Positions 52,671-61,914 of a DNA stretch of 64,000 bases are shown piece by piece (position 1 is the first letter of the stretch; the number at the start of each line of letters is the position of its first letter). Source of the stretch: Candidatus Desulfatifera sulfidica (GTDB lineage: Bacteria; Desulfobacterota; Desulfobulbia; Desulfobulbales; Desulfocapsaceae); the NCBI GenBank assembly GCA_014381505.1, contig JACNLK010000033.1, positions 4,583-68,582 of the forward strand, read 5' to 3'. A model generated the notes under the pieces. The model was not told the origin of the DNA and ran no database searches. It saw only the letters and a list, made by a program, of their open reading frames with translations. Position numbers and translations under genes: made by a program.

Positions 52671-53867
52671 TCAACGTCTCATGGCATCTGCCACAGCAGA
52701 ACAGACATAATCAATATTTGACGTGGTCAAACCGGCCAAATTGATGCGCCCTCCCCCAACCACGTATATACTTCTATTATCCCTGAGCCACTGTACCACA
52801 TCATCAGACCAGCCACTAAACGAGAACATCCCCCGCTGCTTTGCGATAAAAGAGAAATCTCCTTCAACTCCCTGCTTGGCCAGACCTTCGACAAGGGCCT
52901 TACGCATCTCAACAATCCTGTTACGCATTTGAGCCAACTCATCCAACCACATAGCATGGAGTTCCTGGCTGTTCAAGATAGTCGCAGCCACTAAGCCACC
53001 ATGGGCCGGAGGATTAGAATAGTTGGTACGAACCACTGACTTCAGATGACTCATGGCCACTGCAGCTTCTTCTGCCGAAGGTGTAACCACGGTGATGGCT
53101 CCAGTCCGCTCATTATAGAGTCCAAAATTTTTGGAAAAAGAACTGGCCACAAAAAAATCAATCCCGACAGCGGCAAACTGCTCAACTGCAAAACGATCCT
53201 CATTTACGCCATCGCCAAATCCCTGATAGGCAAAATCGAGATAGGGAATCCAACCTTTTTGAGCAGCAAGTGCAGCCACTTCCCGCCACTGATCCTGGCC
53301 AAGATCCACACCGCTTGGATTATGGCAACAGGTATGAAGCACAACAACATCACCGACAGGAATCCTCTGGAGATCATCCATCATTCTATCAAAATCCAGC
53401 CCCTTGCTCTCTGGATTATAGTAAGCATAGCGCTCGATTTCAAATCCTGCAGCACCAAATATACCATTATGATTCGCCCAGGTGGGAGAACTGACCCAGA
53501 CCTTAGCCTGCGAAGAAAATTTATGAATGAGATCCGCACCCACGCGCAATGCCCCTGTCCCTCCGGGAGCATGGGCGGTCACAGCGCGGCCTGCTGCGAT
53601 CACCTCACTTGCTCCACCCAGGACAAGACCTTGAACCGCCTGGGCATAAGCAGGGTCGCCGGATATGGGCAGATAACTCTTGGAGAGCTGCTTCTCCACC
53701 AATTCTTTTTCTGCCGCCTTAACGCAACGAAGAACCGGAGTATTACCGGTATCATCTTTATAGACCCCAACTCCAAGGTTCACCTTACTGGGATTCTGGT
53801 CTTTTCTGAACTCGTCGGTTAACCCCAGAATCGAATCTGGTGGCGCAGGCTGAATAGTCTTCCACAT
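52671..53867 (-). CDS. Aspartate/aromatic amino acid aminotransferase (AspC/TyrB family)
   Basis: 'LGVGVYKDDTGNTPVL', 'HTCCHNPSG' and the PLP-lysine motif 'SFSKNFGLYNERTG'. Length is 398 aa. Confidence 0.9.
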   Translation of the reverse strand: MWKTIQPAPPDSILGLTDEFRKDQNPSKVNLGVGVYKDDTGNTPVLRCVKAAEKELVEKQLSKSYLPISGDPAYAQAVQGLVLGGASEVIAAGRAVTAHAPGGTGALRVGADLIHKFSSQAKVWVSSPTWANHNGIFGAAGFEIERYAYYNPESKGLDFDRMMDDLQRIPVGDVVVLHTCCHNPSGVDLGQDQWREVAALAAQKGWIPYLDFAYQGFGDGVNEDRFAVEQFAAVGIDFFVASSFSKNFGLYNERTGAITVVTPSAEEAAVAMSHLKSVVRTNYSNPPAHGGLVAATILNSQELHAMWLDELAQMRNRIVEMRKALVEGLAKQGVEGDFSFIAKQRGMFSFSGWSDDVVQWLRDNRSIYVVGGGRINLAGLTTSNIDYVCSAVADAMRR

Positions 53868-54016
53868 GATCTCTTTCCTTCTCTATCTAAAATATACAAC
53901 AAGATAATTACCAAATGTCTTGATAGCGTTTCGTGGCTCCTCTGTAAACACTTTTTGCGCCACACAGTCGAATTCACTCAACTGGCATCAGACAACACAA
54001 ATCACCCTCAATGACA

Positions 54017-54988
54017 TCAGCTTTTCTGCAACGAGTGCTTCGCCAGCAAAGACTGCAATTTCCATGGAGAAGACAAACAGGCACGTCCCTCGCTACAGGT
54101 GGACATTACATCGCAAAAGGCGAGAAACTCGGCTTGCGCATCACTCATCACCTGCCCCTTTCTCGAAATCACCTGAAGATCACGCTTCATATCCACACCC
54201 TCAACCTTGAGCGTCTTGAGCCAACCGTTCTCGGTCTCACGGCAGACAGTCAGTGCCGACAGACAGGCAACACCAACACCTGATTCTACAGCTTTCTTAA
54301 TTGCCTCGGGATGCCCCATCTCCATGACCACCTTAATTTCATCCAGATAATCTTTCAACTTCTCCCGAAAAATAGCCACAGTGCCGGAACCTTTTTCACG
54401 CATGATCCAACGAGTATCTTTAAAGTCTTTTTTGACCCGAAAGGTCTTCTGCCGCCCCAGAGGATCACTCGGTCCGACAATAACCACCAACTCATCGCGA
54501 AACCAGGGTCTAATCAAGATATCCGGACTTTTGACCGGCCCCTCAACAAATCCAACATCAACGGTTCCGTTCAAAACAAGTTTTTCAGCATATCGGGTAT
54601 GATGAACCAGCATGTTGATATAAACGCCGGGATGCATCCGTTTAAAAGCGCCGATAAGATAGGGGAGAATATAATCTCCGATAGTCGTTGACGCGACAAC
54701 CTCAATCTGACCTGTCAGAGTATCGCTCTCCTCAGACATGATTGACTCAACATTACTCACCTGGCAAATAATCTCTTTAGCAAGCGGCAAGAGATAACGA
54801 CCTCGCTCGTTAAGAAGCAGACTGCGACCATGTCGATCAAAGAGTGACCCTGCAAGTTGATTCTCAAGTTCAGCCAGCGCCATACTCACCGCCGACTGGG
54901 TCACAAAAAGCTTTTTACTGGCCTTGGTCACCTGAGCAGTTTCAGCTACAGCAATGAATATTTCAAGTTGTCTCAATGTTATAGACAC
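54017..54988 (-). CDS. LysR-family transcriptional regulator (divergent from the nuo operon)
   Basis: N-terminal HTH 'ITLRQLEIFIAVAETAQVTKASKKLFVTQSAVSMALAELE' and a LysR substrate-binding fold. GTG start. Confidence 0.88.
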   Translation of the reverse strand: MSITLRQLEIFIAVAETAQVTKASKKLFVTQSAVSMALAELENQLAGSLFDRHGRSLLLNERGRYLLPLAKEIICQVSNVESIMSEESDTLTGQIEVVASTTIGDYILPYLIGAFKRMHPGVYINMLVHHTRYAEKLVLNGTVDVGFVEGPVKSPDILIRPWFRDELVVIVGPSDPLGRQKTFRVKKDFKDTRWIMREKGSGTVAIFREKLKDYLDEIKVVMEMGHPEAIKKAVESGVGVACLSALTVCRETENGWLKTLKVEGVDMKRDLQVISRKGQVMSDAQAEFLAFCDVMSTCSEGRACLSSPWKLQSLLAKHSLQKS

Positions 54989-55158
54989 CTACAAAACCTC
55001 TTTTCAATTTTTTTTATGGAAACAATCGTTTTTTTAGATTAGTGCTTCGGCACTTTATCATTTATATACTTTTTCTCAATACTTTTCGTTCTAAATTCAG
55101 ATAGAACTGAAGGACTCCTTTGCCGCCACTGATGAATGAACGACCATTCATTATTAAG

Positions 55159-55187
55159 TTGACAAGGCTTAAGTCCTTCATTATAAA
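55159..55187 (+). promoter_or_regulatory. Putative sigma70 promoter of the nuo operon
   Basis: TTGACA (55159-55164), a 17-nt spacer, then TATAAA (55182-55187). It lies ~50 nt upstream of the nuoA ATG. Confidence 0.4.
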
Positions 55188-55239
55188 AATAAACTATTCA
55201 TGAAGAACTTCCTGTTCATTCCACATCAGGGGTACGTGT

Positions 55240-55656
55240 ATGGAGCTTCAATTCTCAGACTTTCTCTACCGTGACAATGTCCTCTGGATCACGGCATTTA
55301 CCCTCGGCGGACTCTGCTTCGCTCTTGGGCCCATCGTCATTGTCTACCTCCTCATGCCTCGCAAGACGAGGCAGCTTGTCAACAAAAAACACCAATTCAT
55401 TGAGTGCGGCATTGACCCCATTGGTGACTCCTGGATTCGCTACGGGCTGGTTTTTTATCTCTACGCCCTGATTTTTGTTGTCTTTGCCGTCGATGTACTC
55501 TTTCTGTTCCCTGTCGCTGTTGCTTACGACAATGGTATGTTCATCATCCGGGACTTTATTGAAATCGTAATCTTCGTCGGAATCTTATCACTTGCGGTTG
55601 TCTACGCATGGATCAAGGGAGTATTCAAGTGGGAACGCAAAATATACCATCCATAG
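55240..55656 (+). CDS. nuoA: NADH-quinone oxidoreductase subunit A
   Basis: Three-TM 138-aa protein. '[39 protein letters not shown]' is the NuoA/ND3 signature. Confidence 0.9.
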   Translation: MELQFSDFLYRDNVLWITAFTLGGLCFALGPIVIVYLLMPRKTRQLVNKKHQFIECGIDPIGDSWIRYGLVFYLYALIFVVFAVDVLFLFPVAVAYDNGMFIIRDFIEIVIFVGILSLAVVYAWIKGVFKWERKIYHP

Positions 55657-56147
55657 ACACCGAGGTGCCCGCAGCCCTCGTTCAGTTTGCCGCATCCGAC
55701 AAGCTGATCAATCTGGGACGGGCTAACTCGCTTTGGCCGCTCACATTTGGCTTGGCTTGCTGTGCCATTGAAATGATGGCTTCCGGTGCGGCCAGATTTG
55801 ACCTTTCTCGCTTCGGGGCCGAGGTCTTCAGACCCTCCCCCCGACAGAGTGACGTAATGATCGTTGCTGGTACCATTTCCAAAAAGATGCTCCCCGCGGT
55901 CAAGACCCTTTACGACCAGATGCCCGAACCGAAATGGGTTATTGCCATGGGTAACTGTGCAATTTCAGGTGGCCCCTTCGTCTTTGATGGTCAATACGGA
56001 ATCGTTGAAGGTGCAGATACCTTCCTGCCAGTCGATGTTTATATTCCCGGATGCCCGCCGAGGCCTGAGGCCCTCATCGAGGGTATCATTGAACTGGAAC
56101 ATAAAATCACCGGCTGGCGTCGCTGGCCCAAGGTTGATCCAGTATAG
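55629..56147 (+). CDS. nuoB: NADH-quinone oxidoreductase subunit B
   Basis: N2-cluster ligands '[10 protein letters not shown]', '[10 protein letters not shown]' and '[10 protein letters not shown]'. GTG 55629 (AAGGGAG 7 nt upstream) is preferred. ATG 55608 and GTG 55665 are alternatives. Confidence 0.92.
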   Translation: MGTQNIPSIDTEVPAALVQFAASDKLINLGRANSLWPLTFGLACCAIEMMASGAARFDLSRFGAEVFRPSPRQSDVMIVAGTISKKMLPAVKTLYDQMPEPKWVIAMGNCAISGGPFVFDGQYGIVEGADTFLPVDVYIPGCPPRPEALIEGIIELEHKITGWRRWPKVDPV

Positions 56148-56186
56148 GGCCATCGCCCACCAATCAATTTATCCAGGACTGCTGAG

Positions 56187-56720
56187 ATGATAATCCAAAC
56201 AATCAAGCAATCACTTGTAGAACTCTTCCCACCCGTCGAAGCTGCCCCAGCTCCGGTTGCTGAAGAAACAGCTGAAGATGAAGGTGCCAAAAAGGCACCA
56301 GCTAAAGCTGAGCCTCGCGTTAATGGGGTAATCACTTGTGACTACAACGCTACAGGCTATCATCTTGATGCGCAGGTTGATCCCGATCAACTTCTGGATG
56401 CCGTTTCCAGGATAGATGCAGCAGGATTTTTTATTGAATCCATTACAGGTGTTGACTGGCTTAAGGAAAATCAGCTTGAAGTCGTCTACGACTTTGCCCG
56501 CTATGATTTTGACTTATGCCGAGTCGTGATTCGGACTCGAGTGGACCGTGCCATATCTGAAGTACCAACCATTACCGGAATCTACTCTGGAGCAAACTGG
56601 CACGAACGGGAGACCCATGATTTCTTCGGAATTAAGTTTACCGGCCATCCACACCTGGTTCCCCTTCTCCTGCCGGAAGATGCAGATTTCCATCCACTTT
56701 TAAAGGATTTCAAAGCATGA
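56187..56720 (+). CDS. nuoC: NADH-quinone oxidoreductase subunit C
   Basis: 'SGANWHERETHDFFGIKFTGHP' NuoC signature, with an Ala/Glu-rich N-terminal extension. Confidence 0.88.
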   Translation: MIIQTIKQSLVELFPPVEAAPAPVAEETAEDEGAKKAPAKAEPRVNGVITCDYNATGYHLDAQVDPDQLLDAVSRIDAAGFFIESITGVDWLKENQLEVVYDFARYDFDLCRVVIRTRVDRAISEVPTITGIYSGANWHERETHDFFGIKFTGHPHLVPLLLPEDADFHPLLKDFKA

Positions 56721-57835
56721 GTGATCCTATTCAACTCCGATCTGACGAGACATTTACACTCAACGTCGGGCCGCAGCATCCTGCGACCCATGGCGTCCTC
56801 CGGGTAAAAATGGAAATGGACGGCGAGTACATCTTTAGCGCCGAGACCGTCCTCGGTTATATTCACCGCATGCACGAGAAAATGGGTGAAAACCGGACGT
56901 ATGCGCAGTACCTGCCCAACCTCGGACGCCTTGACTATCTCTCGGCCATGGCCTACAACCACGGGTATGTCCTGGCAGTGGAAAAAGCGGCCAGTATAGA
57001 GGTCCCGGAACGGGCTGAATATATCCGCGTCCTCACCGTTGAACTCAACCGTATCTCCTCGCACCTTGTCTGGTTTGGCGCTTTTATCATGGATCTGGGC
57101 GGGTTCACCCCACTGATGTATGCCTTTGACGACCGTGAGGCCATCCTCGATATCCTCGAAGCCGTAACAGGCTCCCGTCTTACATACTGCTACCATCGAT
57201 TTGGTGGAGTCTATAACGATGTGGACGATGATTTTATCGAGGGAACCAAGGCCTTTATTCCCCGAATGCGCAAGGCCCTGAAGACCTACGAGGATCTGGT
57301 CACCAAGAACATCATTCTCATGAAGCGGCTCAAGGGTATTGGACCTGTTTCAGCCGAGATGTGCCGCAAGTACGGGGCAACCGGGCCTGTGGCCCGCGCC
57401 TCGGGTATCAATTTTGATGTGCGTAAAAACGAACCATACTCACTCTACAATGAGTTTGATTTCGATGTCCCGGTCTATAACGAATGTGACTCCTACGCCC
57501 GCTACATGGTGCGCATGGAGGAGATGGAACAGTCGTTACGCATCATTGAACAGGCCCTGGCAAAGATGCCTGAAGGTCCAATCATGCCCAAAAAGAAACC
57601 AAAGATCATCAAACCACCGGCCGGTGACTATTACCAGGCCGTTGAGGCTGCCCGGGGCAGCTTCGGGATCCGGATCGTCAGTGACGGCGGCAAGAACGCC
57701 TATAGACTGAAACTTCGTTCGCCAACGTATTCCAACATGCACCTCTTTGACGAGGCCTGCCGAGGCATGCTCATTGCCGACGCCCTCGCCTTTATGGGCA
57801 GCATCGACCTGGTTATCCCGGAAATGGATCGGTAG
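56717..57835 (+). CDS. nuoD: NADH-quinone oxidoreductase subunit D
   Basis: 'LNVGPQHPATHGVLR', 'GYIHRMHEK' and 'DLVIPEMDR' C-terminus. The start overlaps the nuoC stop (ATGA). Confidence 0.93.
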   Translation: MSDPIQLRSDETFTLNVGPQHPATHGVLRVKMEMDGEYIFSAETVLGYIHRMHEKMGENRTYAQYLPNLGRLDYLSAMAYNHGYVLAVEKAASIEVPERAEYIRVLTVELNRISSHLVWFGAFIMDLGGFTPLMYAFDDREAILDILEAVTGSRLTYCYHRFGGVYNDVDDDFIEGTKAFIPRMRKALKTYEDLVTKNIILMKRLKGIGPVSAEMCRKYGATGPVARASGINFDVRKNEPYSLYNEFDFDVPVYNECDSYARYMVRMEEMEQSLRIIEQALAKMPEGPIMPKKKPKIIKPPAGDYYQAVEAARGSFGIRIVSDGGKNAYRLKLRSPTYSNMHLFDEACRGMLIADALAFMGSIDLVIPEMDR

Positions 57836-57847
57836 GGGAGAAAACAA

Positions 57848-58834
57848 ATGAGCTTAACACTGATCAATGTACTTTTTGCCGTGGTCGCCGCAATCGGCTT
57901 TGCGGCGCTCAATGCTGCCTATCTCGTCTGGTGCGAACGAAAAGGTGCCGGTTTTTTCCAACGCCGTCCTGGCCCCATGGAAAATGGGCCATGGGGACTG
58001 CTGCAGCCACCTGTTGATGGCATCAAGTTGATGACCAAACAGCTGGTCATCCCCGGTGGAGTCGACAAGGCCCTGTTCATGGTGGCTCCGGTTCTGGCCA
58101 TGTTTCCGGCAATCATGAGTTTTGTCACGATTCCATTCAGCGAAAACATCGTCGCTCAAAACATGAACATCGGCGTCCTGATGATATTCGCCTTTGCATC
58201 CATGGGCTCAATGGCCATCCTCTTTGCCGGCTGGGGTTCTCGGAACAAGTACGCTCTGATGAGTTCAGTACGTGGGGTTTCTCAGGCAATAGCCTACGAA
58301 GTGCCAATGCTGATCACGGTGATTACCATCGTCATGATTACCGGCTCAATGGATCTCAGAGCCATCGCCCTTGATCAGTCCGGTGGGTTCTGGCAGTGGA
58401 ATATCTTGGCCCTGACCAAGAGCCCATTGATGCCTGTATCGTTTCTTATCTTTTTCGTCTGCACCTTGGCTGAGACCAACCGCGCACCATTTGACCTGGG
58501 TGAGGCCGAAAGTGAGCTTGTAGCCGGATTCCATACCGAGTATTCGAGTATGGGTTTTGGTCTGTTCTTCATGGGTGAGTACGCCAACATCGTTATCGGC
58601 TCCTGCCTGACGACCCTTCTTTTTCTTGGGGGCTGGGGCTGTCCCTTTGGTTTATTCCCGGGCGTTTGGTGGTTCCTTCTTAAGATCTATCTCTTGATCT
58701 TTACCTTTATCTGGATCCGTTGGACATTCCCTCGAACCACTATTTACGGACTGCTCAATTTGAGCTGGAAAATCCTCATTCCGTTCTCACTGTTCAACCT
58801 GCTTCTGACCGCAGGATTACTCAAGGTATTTTGA
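57848..58834 (+). CDS. nuoH: NADH-quinone oxidoreductase subunit H
   Basis: 'WCERKGAGFFQRRPGP' and 'LAETNRAPFDLGEAESELVAGFHTEYS' are NuoH/ND1 signatures. It starts 13 nt after the nuoD stop. Confidence 0.93.
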   Translation: MSLTLINVLFAVVAAIGFAALNAAYLVWCERKGAGFFQRRPGPMENGPWGLLQPPVDGIKLMTKQLVIPGGVDKALFMVAPVLAMFPAIMSFVTIPFSENIVAQNMNIGVLMIFAFASMGSMAILFAGWGSRNKYALMSSVRGVSQAIAYEVPMLITVITIVMITGSMDLRAIALDQSGGFWQWNILALTKSPLMPVSFLIFFVCTLAETNRAPFDLGEAESELVAGFHTEYSSMGFGLFFMGEYANIVIGSCLTTLLFLGGWGCPFGLFPGVWWFLLKIYLLIFTFIWIRWTFPRTTIYGLLNLSWKILIPFSLFNLLLTAGLLKVF

Positions 58835-58836
58835 CC

Positions 58837-59295
58837 ATGAGCGGCTATTTTAGTGAAATAATAAGCGGTGGAAAATCGCTAGTCGTGGGCATGAGCATCA
58901 CCTTGAAGGAATTCTTCAAGCCCAAGGTGACCCTGCAATACCCGCATCAGACTGTAAAGATGGCTGAACGCTTTCGCGGTCACATCGAACTCATTGAAAA
59001 TGAGTCCGGTGAGCCCAACTGCGTGGCCTGCGGCATGTGCCAGCGCGCATGTCCATCAGGATGCATCAGTCTGACCTCCAAGAGCGTTGAAATTGAGGTA
59101 GAGGGCAAAACCAAGAAGAAAAAAGTCCTGACCAGTTATGACCTTAACTTTACAACCTGCTCACTTTGCGGTTCCTGCGTCGAGAGCTGTAACTTTGACG
59201 CCATCTGCTACTCCAAAGAATATAACCTGGCATCCACCCGCAAAGAAGACTTTCACTTTGATCTTCTCAAACGGCTGAAGGAGAGAAACTCATGA
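58837..59295 (+). CDS. nuoI: NADH-quinone oxidoreductase subunit I (2x[4Fe-4S])
   Basis: 'CVACGMCQRACP' and 'CSLCGSCVESCN' ferredoxin motifs. ATG 58837 is chosen because the longer ORF overlaps nuoH. Confidence 0.9.
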   Translation: MSGYFSEIISGGKSLVVGMSITLKEFFKPKVTLQYPHQTVKMAERFRGHIELIENESGEPNCVACGMCQRACPSGCISLTSKSVEIEVEGKTKKKKVLTSYDLNFTTCSLCGSCVESCNFDAICYSKEYNLASTRKEDFHFDLLKRLKERNS

Positions 59296-59840
59296 CCCCG
59301 TCATCTGTCGTAGCCGCGGGCCCCGGTCTCCTGACCGCTGATGGACTCACCGGCTTAATCTTTCTCATCATGGTAGCGATCACCTTCATTGGTGGAATCA
59401 TCGCCTGCAGCGCCGAACGGTTAATCCGTGCGGTTGCCGGACTGGTGGTCTGTTTCATCGGCGTTGCCGCCCTGTATTACTTTCTCAACTCACCCTTTGT
59501 CGCAATGATGCAGATGCTCATCTATGTGGGTGCAGTCTCGGTGACCATCGCCTTTGCCATCATGCTCGCCGCCCCGGAAGAGAAAAAGAAACACGGACCT
59601 GCTGGACCATTAGCCGGTCCCCTGGGATTCATCACCGCAGGTCTTTGCTCAATAGGGATGATTGTTCTGGCCCTGAAGACAGAGTTTATCTCTCTGCCAA
59701 AAGTCAACATGGGCTCAGTCGAAACCATCGGTATCCAGTTACTCACCGACTACTCCATGGTCTTTGAACTGGTTTCAGTGGTTCTGCTGATTGCCATTCT
59801 CGGCTCCTTGGTCATTGCACGCGGCGGGAGGCATAAATAA
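59292..59840 (+). CDS. nuoJ: NADH-quinone oxidoreductase subunit J
   Basis: 'FVAMMQMLIYVGAVSVTIAFAIML' is the NuoJ/ND6 pattern. Five TM segments. Confidence 0.85.
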   Translation: MTPSSVVAAGPGLLTADGLTGLIFLIMVAITFIGGIIACSAERLIRAVAGLVVCFIGVAALYYFLNSPFVAMMQMLIYVGAVSVTIAFAIMLAAPEEKKKHGPAGPLAGPLGFITAGLCSIGMIVLALKTEFISLPKVNMGSVETIGIQLLTDYSMVFELVSVVLLIAILGSLVIARGGRHK

Positions 59841-60166
59841 TGTCAGTACTCACACTTCACAACAGTCTGACCACTTACCTGGTCATTGCCGCCATTCTCT
59901 TTGGCATGGGCGTATATGGTCTTGTCACAAGACGGACTCTCATCGGAATGTTGATCGCATCCGAGATGGTGCTCATCGCATCCTCCATCAACTTTATGGC
60001 ATTTAATCGCTTTACCGCACCTGATCCTGCAGTCGGTCAGATCTTCACCCTGTTCATCATGGCTATAGCCGCAGCTGAGGCTGCCATCGGCCTGAGTATC
60101 GTCATAGCCGTCTATCGTAACTACCAGTCCGTCGACACCGAAGATCTCGTCGATCTCAAAGGTTAA
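59840..60166 (+). CDS. nuoK: NADH-quinone oxidoreductase subunit K
   Basis: 108 aa and three TM. 'MLIASEMVLIASSINF' and 'AAAEAAIGLSIVIAVYRN' are the NuoK/ND4L signature. Confidence 0.9.
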   Translation: MSVLTLHNSLTTYLVIAAILFGMGVYGLVTRRTLIGMLIASEMVLIASSINFMAFNRFTAPDPAVGQIFTLFIMAIAAAEAAIGLSIVIAVYRNYQSVDTEDLVDLKG

Positions 60167-60184
60167 GTACAAGGAACATCTGTC

Positions 60185-61666
60185 ATGGAAATAACAACGG
60201 TCAGTTCCGCAAAACTTCTTCTCGCCGTACTCGTGCCGCTCTTTGGTGCCTTGGGCGTGATGTTTATGGGGAAGAATGAGAATATCCGAGAAAGTATCTC
60301 GTCCATTGCCTCAATCATTCTCTTCATACTTGTCCTCTCATTGGTACCCGCAGTTCTCTCTGGTAAGACTTTGGTCTATCACATGTTCTCGATATTGCCC
60401 GGGGTCTCTGTAACCCTGCGCGCCGATGCCATGTCCATGATCTTTGCCATTGTTGCCTCGTCATTGTGGACAATAGCAGTCTTCTACTCCATGGGGTACA
60501 TGCGGGCCCACAATGAACCGGCACAGACACGTTTCAACGCCTGTTTTGCCCTGTCAATCTTTGGGGCCATTGGTGTTGCGTTTTCTGATAACCTCTTTAC
60601 CCTCTATCTCTTCTACGAGATCGTCTCCGTCTGCACCTATCCCCTGGTTGCCCACAATCAGGACAAGGAAGGCTACAGCGGCGCCCGCAAATACATTGTC
60701 TATCTGACTACTACCGCCAAGGCCTTTTTATTGCCGGCTATGATCCTGATCTATGTCCTGACCGGCACCCTGGATTTTGCGCCCAACATCTCCACCGGCA
60801 TCTTCCCTCCAGACGTCAATAAGGGTCTGGTCATCATGCTCTACATCTTCTGCCTCTTCGGGTTTGCCAAAAATGGTGTCATGCCATTCCACCACTGGCT
60901 GCCCGGTGCCATGGTCGCCCCCACTCCAGTCTCTGCCCTGCTCCATGCAGTCGCCGTTGTGAAGGTCGGTGTCTTTTGTACCACCCGGGTCATGCTCTAT
61001 GTCTTTGGAGTGGACACCATGCACGCCCTGAATCTAGGTATCCCGACAGCATACTTCGTTGGATTTACGGTACTCATGGCCTCAATCCTGGCCCTGTCCA
61101 AAGATAATCTCAAAGAACGCCTGGCCTACTCCACTGTGAGTCAGCTTTCTTATATTATTATGGGTGTGGCTCTCCTCACCCCAGCCGGAATCGATGGCGG
61201 TCTGATTCACATCGTCAACCACGGTTTCTCCAAGATCACCCTGTTCTTCTGCGCTGGAGCCATTTACATCGCCGCTCACAAGAAAAACATCTCTGAGATG
61301 GGAGGACTTGGCAAGACCATGCCCTTCACCTTTGGTGCCTTTGCCATTGCCTCTTTGTCAATGATAGGCGCTCCACCTGTGGCAGGCTTTATCACCAAGT
61401 GGAATCTCCTGGTGGGATCAATACAAGCTCACCAGATGGGAATCCTCCTGATCCTCATTGCCAGTACCATGCTTAACGTGGGGTATTTTGCCCCGGTAAC
61501 CATTAAGGCCTTCTTCGGCAAGCGTCCGGAAGGTGAATCATATCAGGGGATCAAAGAAGCACCGTTGTCCATGCTTATCCCAATCTTGATCGCCTGCACC
61601 ATATCGGTCATTATTGGTATCTTCCCCAACTTCATGATGCAATTTGTAAAGGCGGTGACAGGATGA
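60185..61666 (+). CDS. Additional antiporter-like subunit (MrpD / NuoM-N-like proton-conducting transporter, PF00361-type)
   Basis: 493 aa and ~14 TM. 'LFYEIVSVCTYPLV' (TM5 Glu), 'HHWLPGAMVAPTPVSALLHAVAVVKVGVF' (TM7 Lys) and 'RLAYSTVSQLSYIIMG'. It has no NuoL-type C-terminal lateral helix. Confidence 0.8.
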   Translation: MEITTVSSAKLLLAVLVPLFGALGVMFMGKNENIRESISSIASIILFILVLSLVPAVLSGKTLVYHMFSILPGVSVTLRADAMSMIFAIVASSLWTIAVFYSMGYMRAHNEPAQTRFNACFALSIFGAIGVAFSDNLFTLYLFYEIVSVCTYPLVAHNQDKEGYSGARKYIVYLTTTAKAFLLPAMILIYVLTGTLDFAPNISTGIFPPDVNKGLVIMLYIFCLFGFAKNGVMPFHHWLPGAMVAPTPVSALLHAVAVVKVGVFCTTRVMLYVFGVDTMHALNLGIPTAYFVGFTVLMASILALSKDNLKERLAYSTVSQLSYIIMGVALLTPAGIDGGLIHIVNHGFSKITLFFCAGAIYIAAHKKNISEMGGLGKTMPFTFGAFAIASLSMIGAPPVAGFITKWNLLVGSIQAHQMGILLILIASTMLNVGYFAPVTIKAFFGKRPEGESYQGIKEAPLSMLIPILIACTISVIIGIFPNFMMQFVKAVTG

Positions 61667-61914
61667 TAATCAACCTGATTAATTACCTTCGCGACAGATG
61701 GCAGACCGTAACCTATTGTGGCTATGGACTGATCGCACTGATCCTTGTATGGAGTCTGACCGTAGACACCAGTCATGCCCACACTTGGGCTGAGATGAAA
61801 ATTCCTGGATTCTGGGGCCTGTTTGGACTGGGTTCCTGTACAGTAATTATTTTGATCGCCAAGTGGTTTGGCGGAAGCGGGATCCAGACCCGGGAGGATT
61901 ATTATGACAAGTAG
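61663..61914 (+). CDS. Small two-TM membrane protein of unknown function embedded in the nuo operon
   Basis: 83-aa ORF. Its ATG overlaps the upstream stop (ATGA) and its 3' end overlaps the next gene's ATG (61904) by 11 nt. It has two hydrophobic helices (VTYCGYGLIALILVWSLTV; IPGFWGLFGLGSCTVIILIAKWF). I recognise no family. Confidence 0.5.
   Translation: MIINLINYLRDRWQTVTYCGYGLIALILVWSLTVDTSHAHTWAEMKIPGFWGLFGLGSCTVIILIAKWFGGSGIQTREDYYDK

Noticed and set aside
53046-53822. 258-aa plus-strand ORF inside the AspC/TyrB-type aminotransferase gene
   Set aside because: It is an antisense shadow ORF of a well-supported gene and has no motifs.
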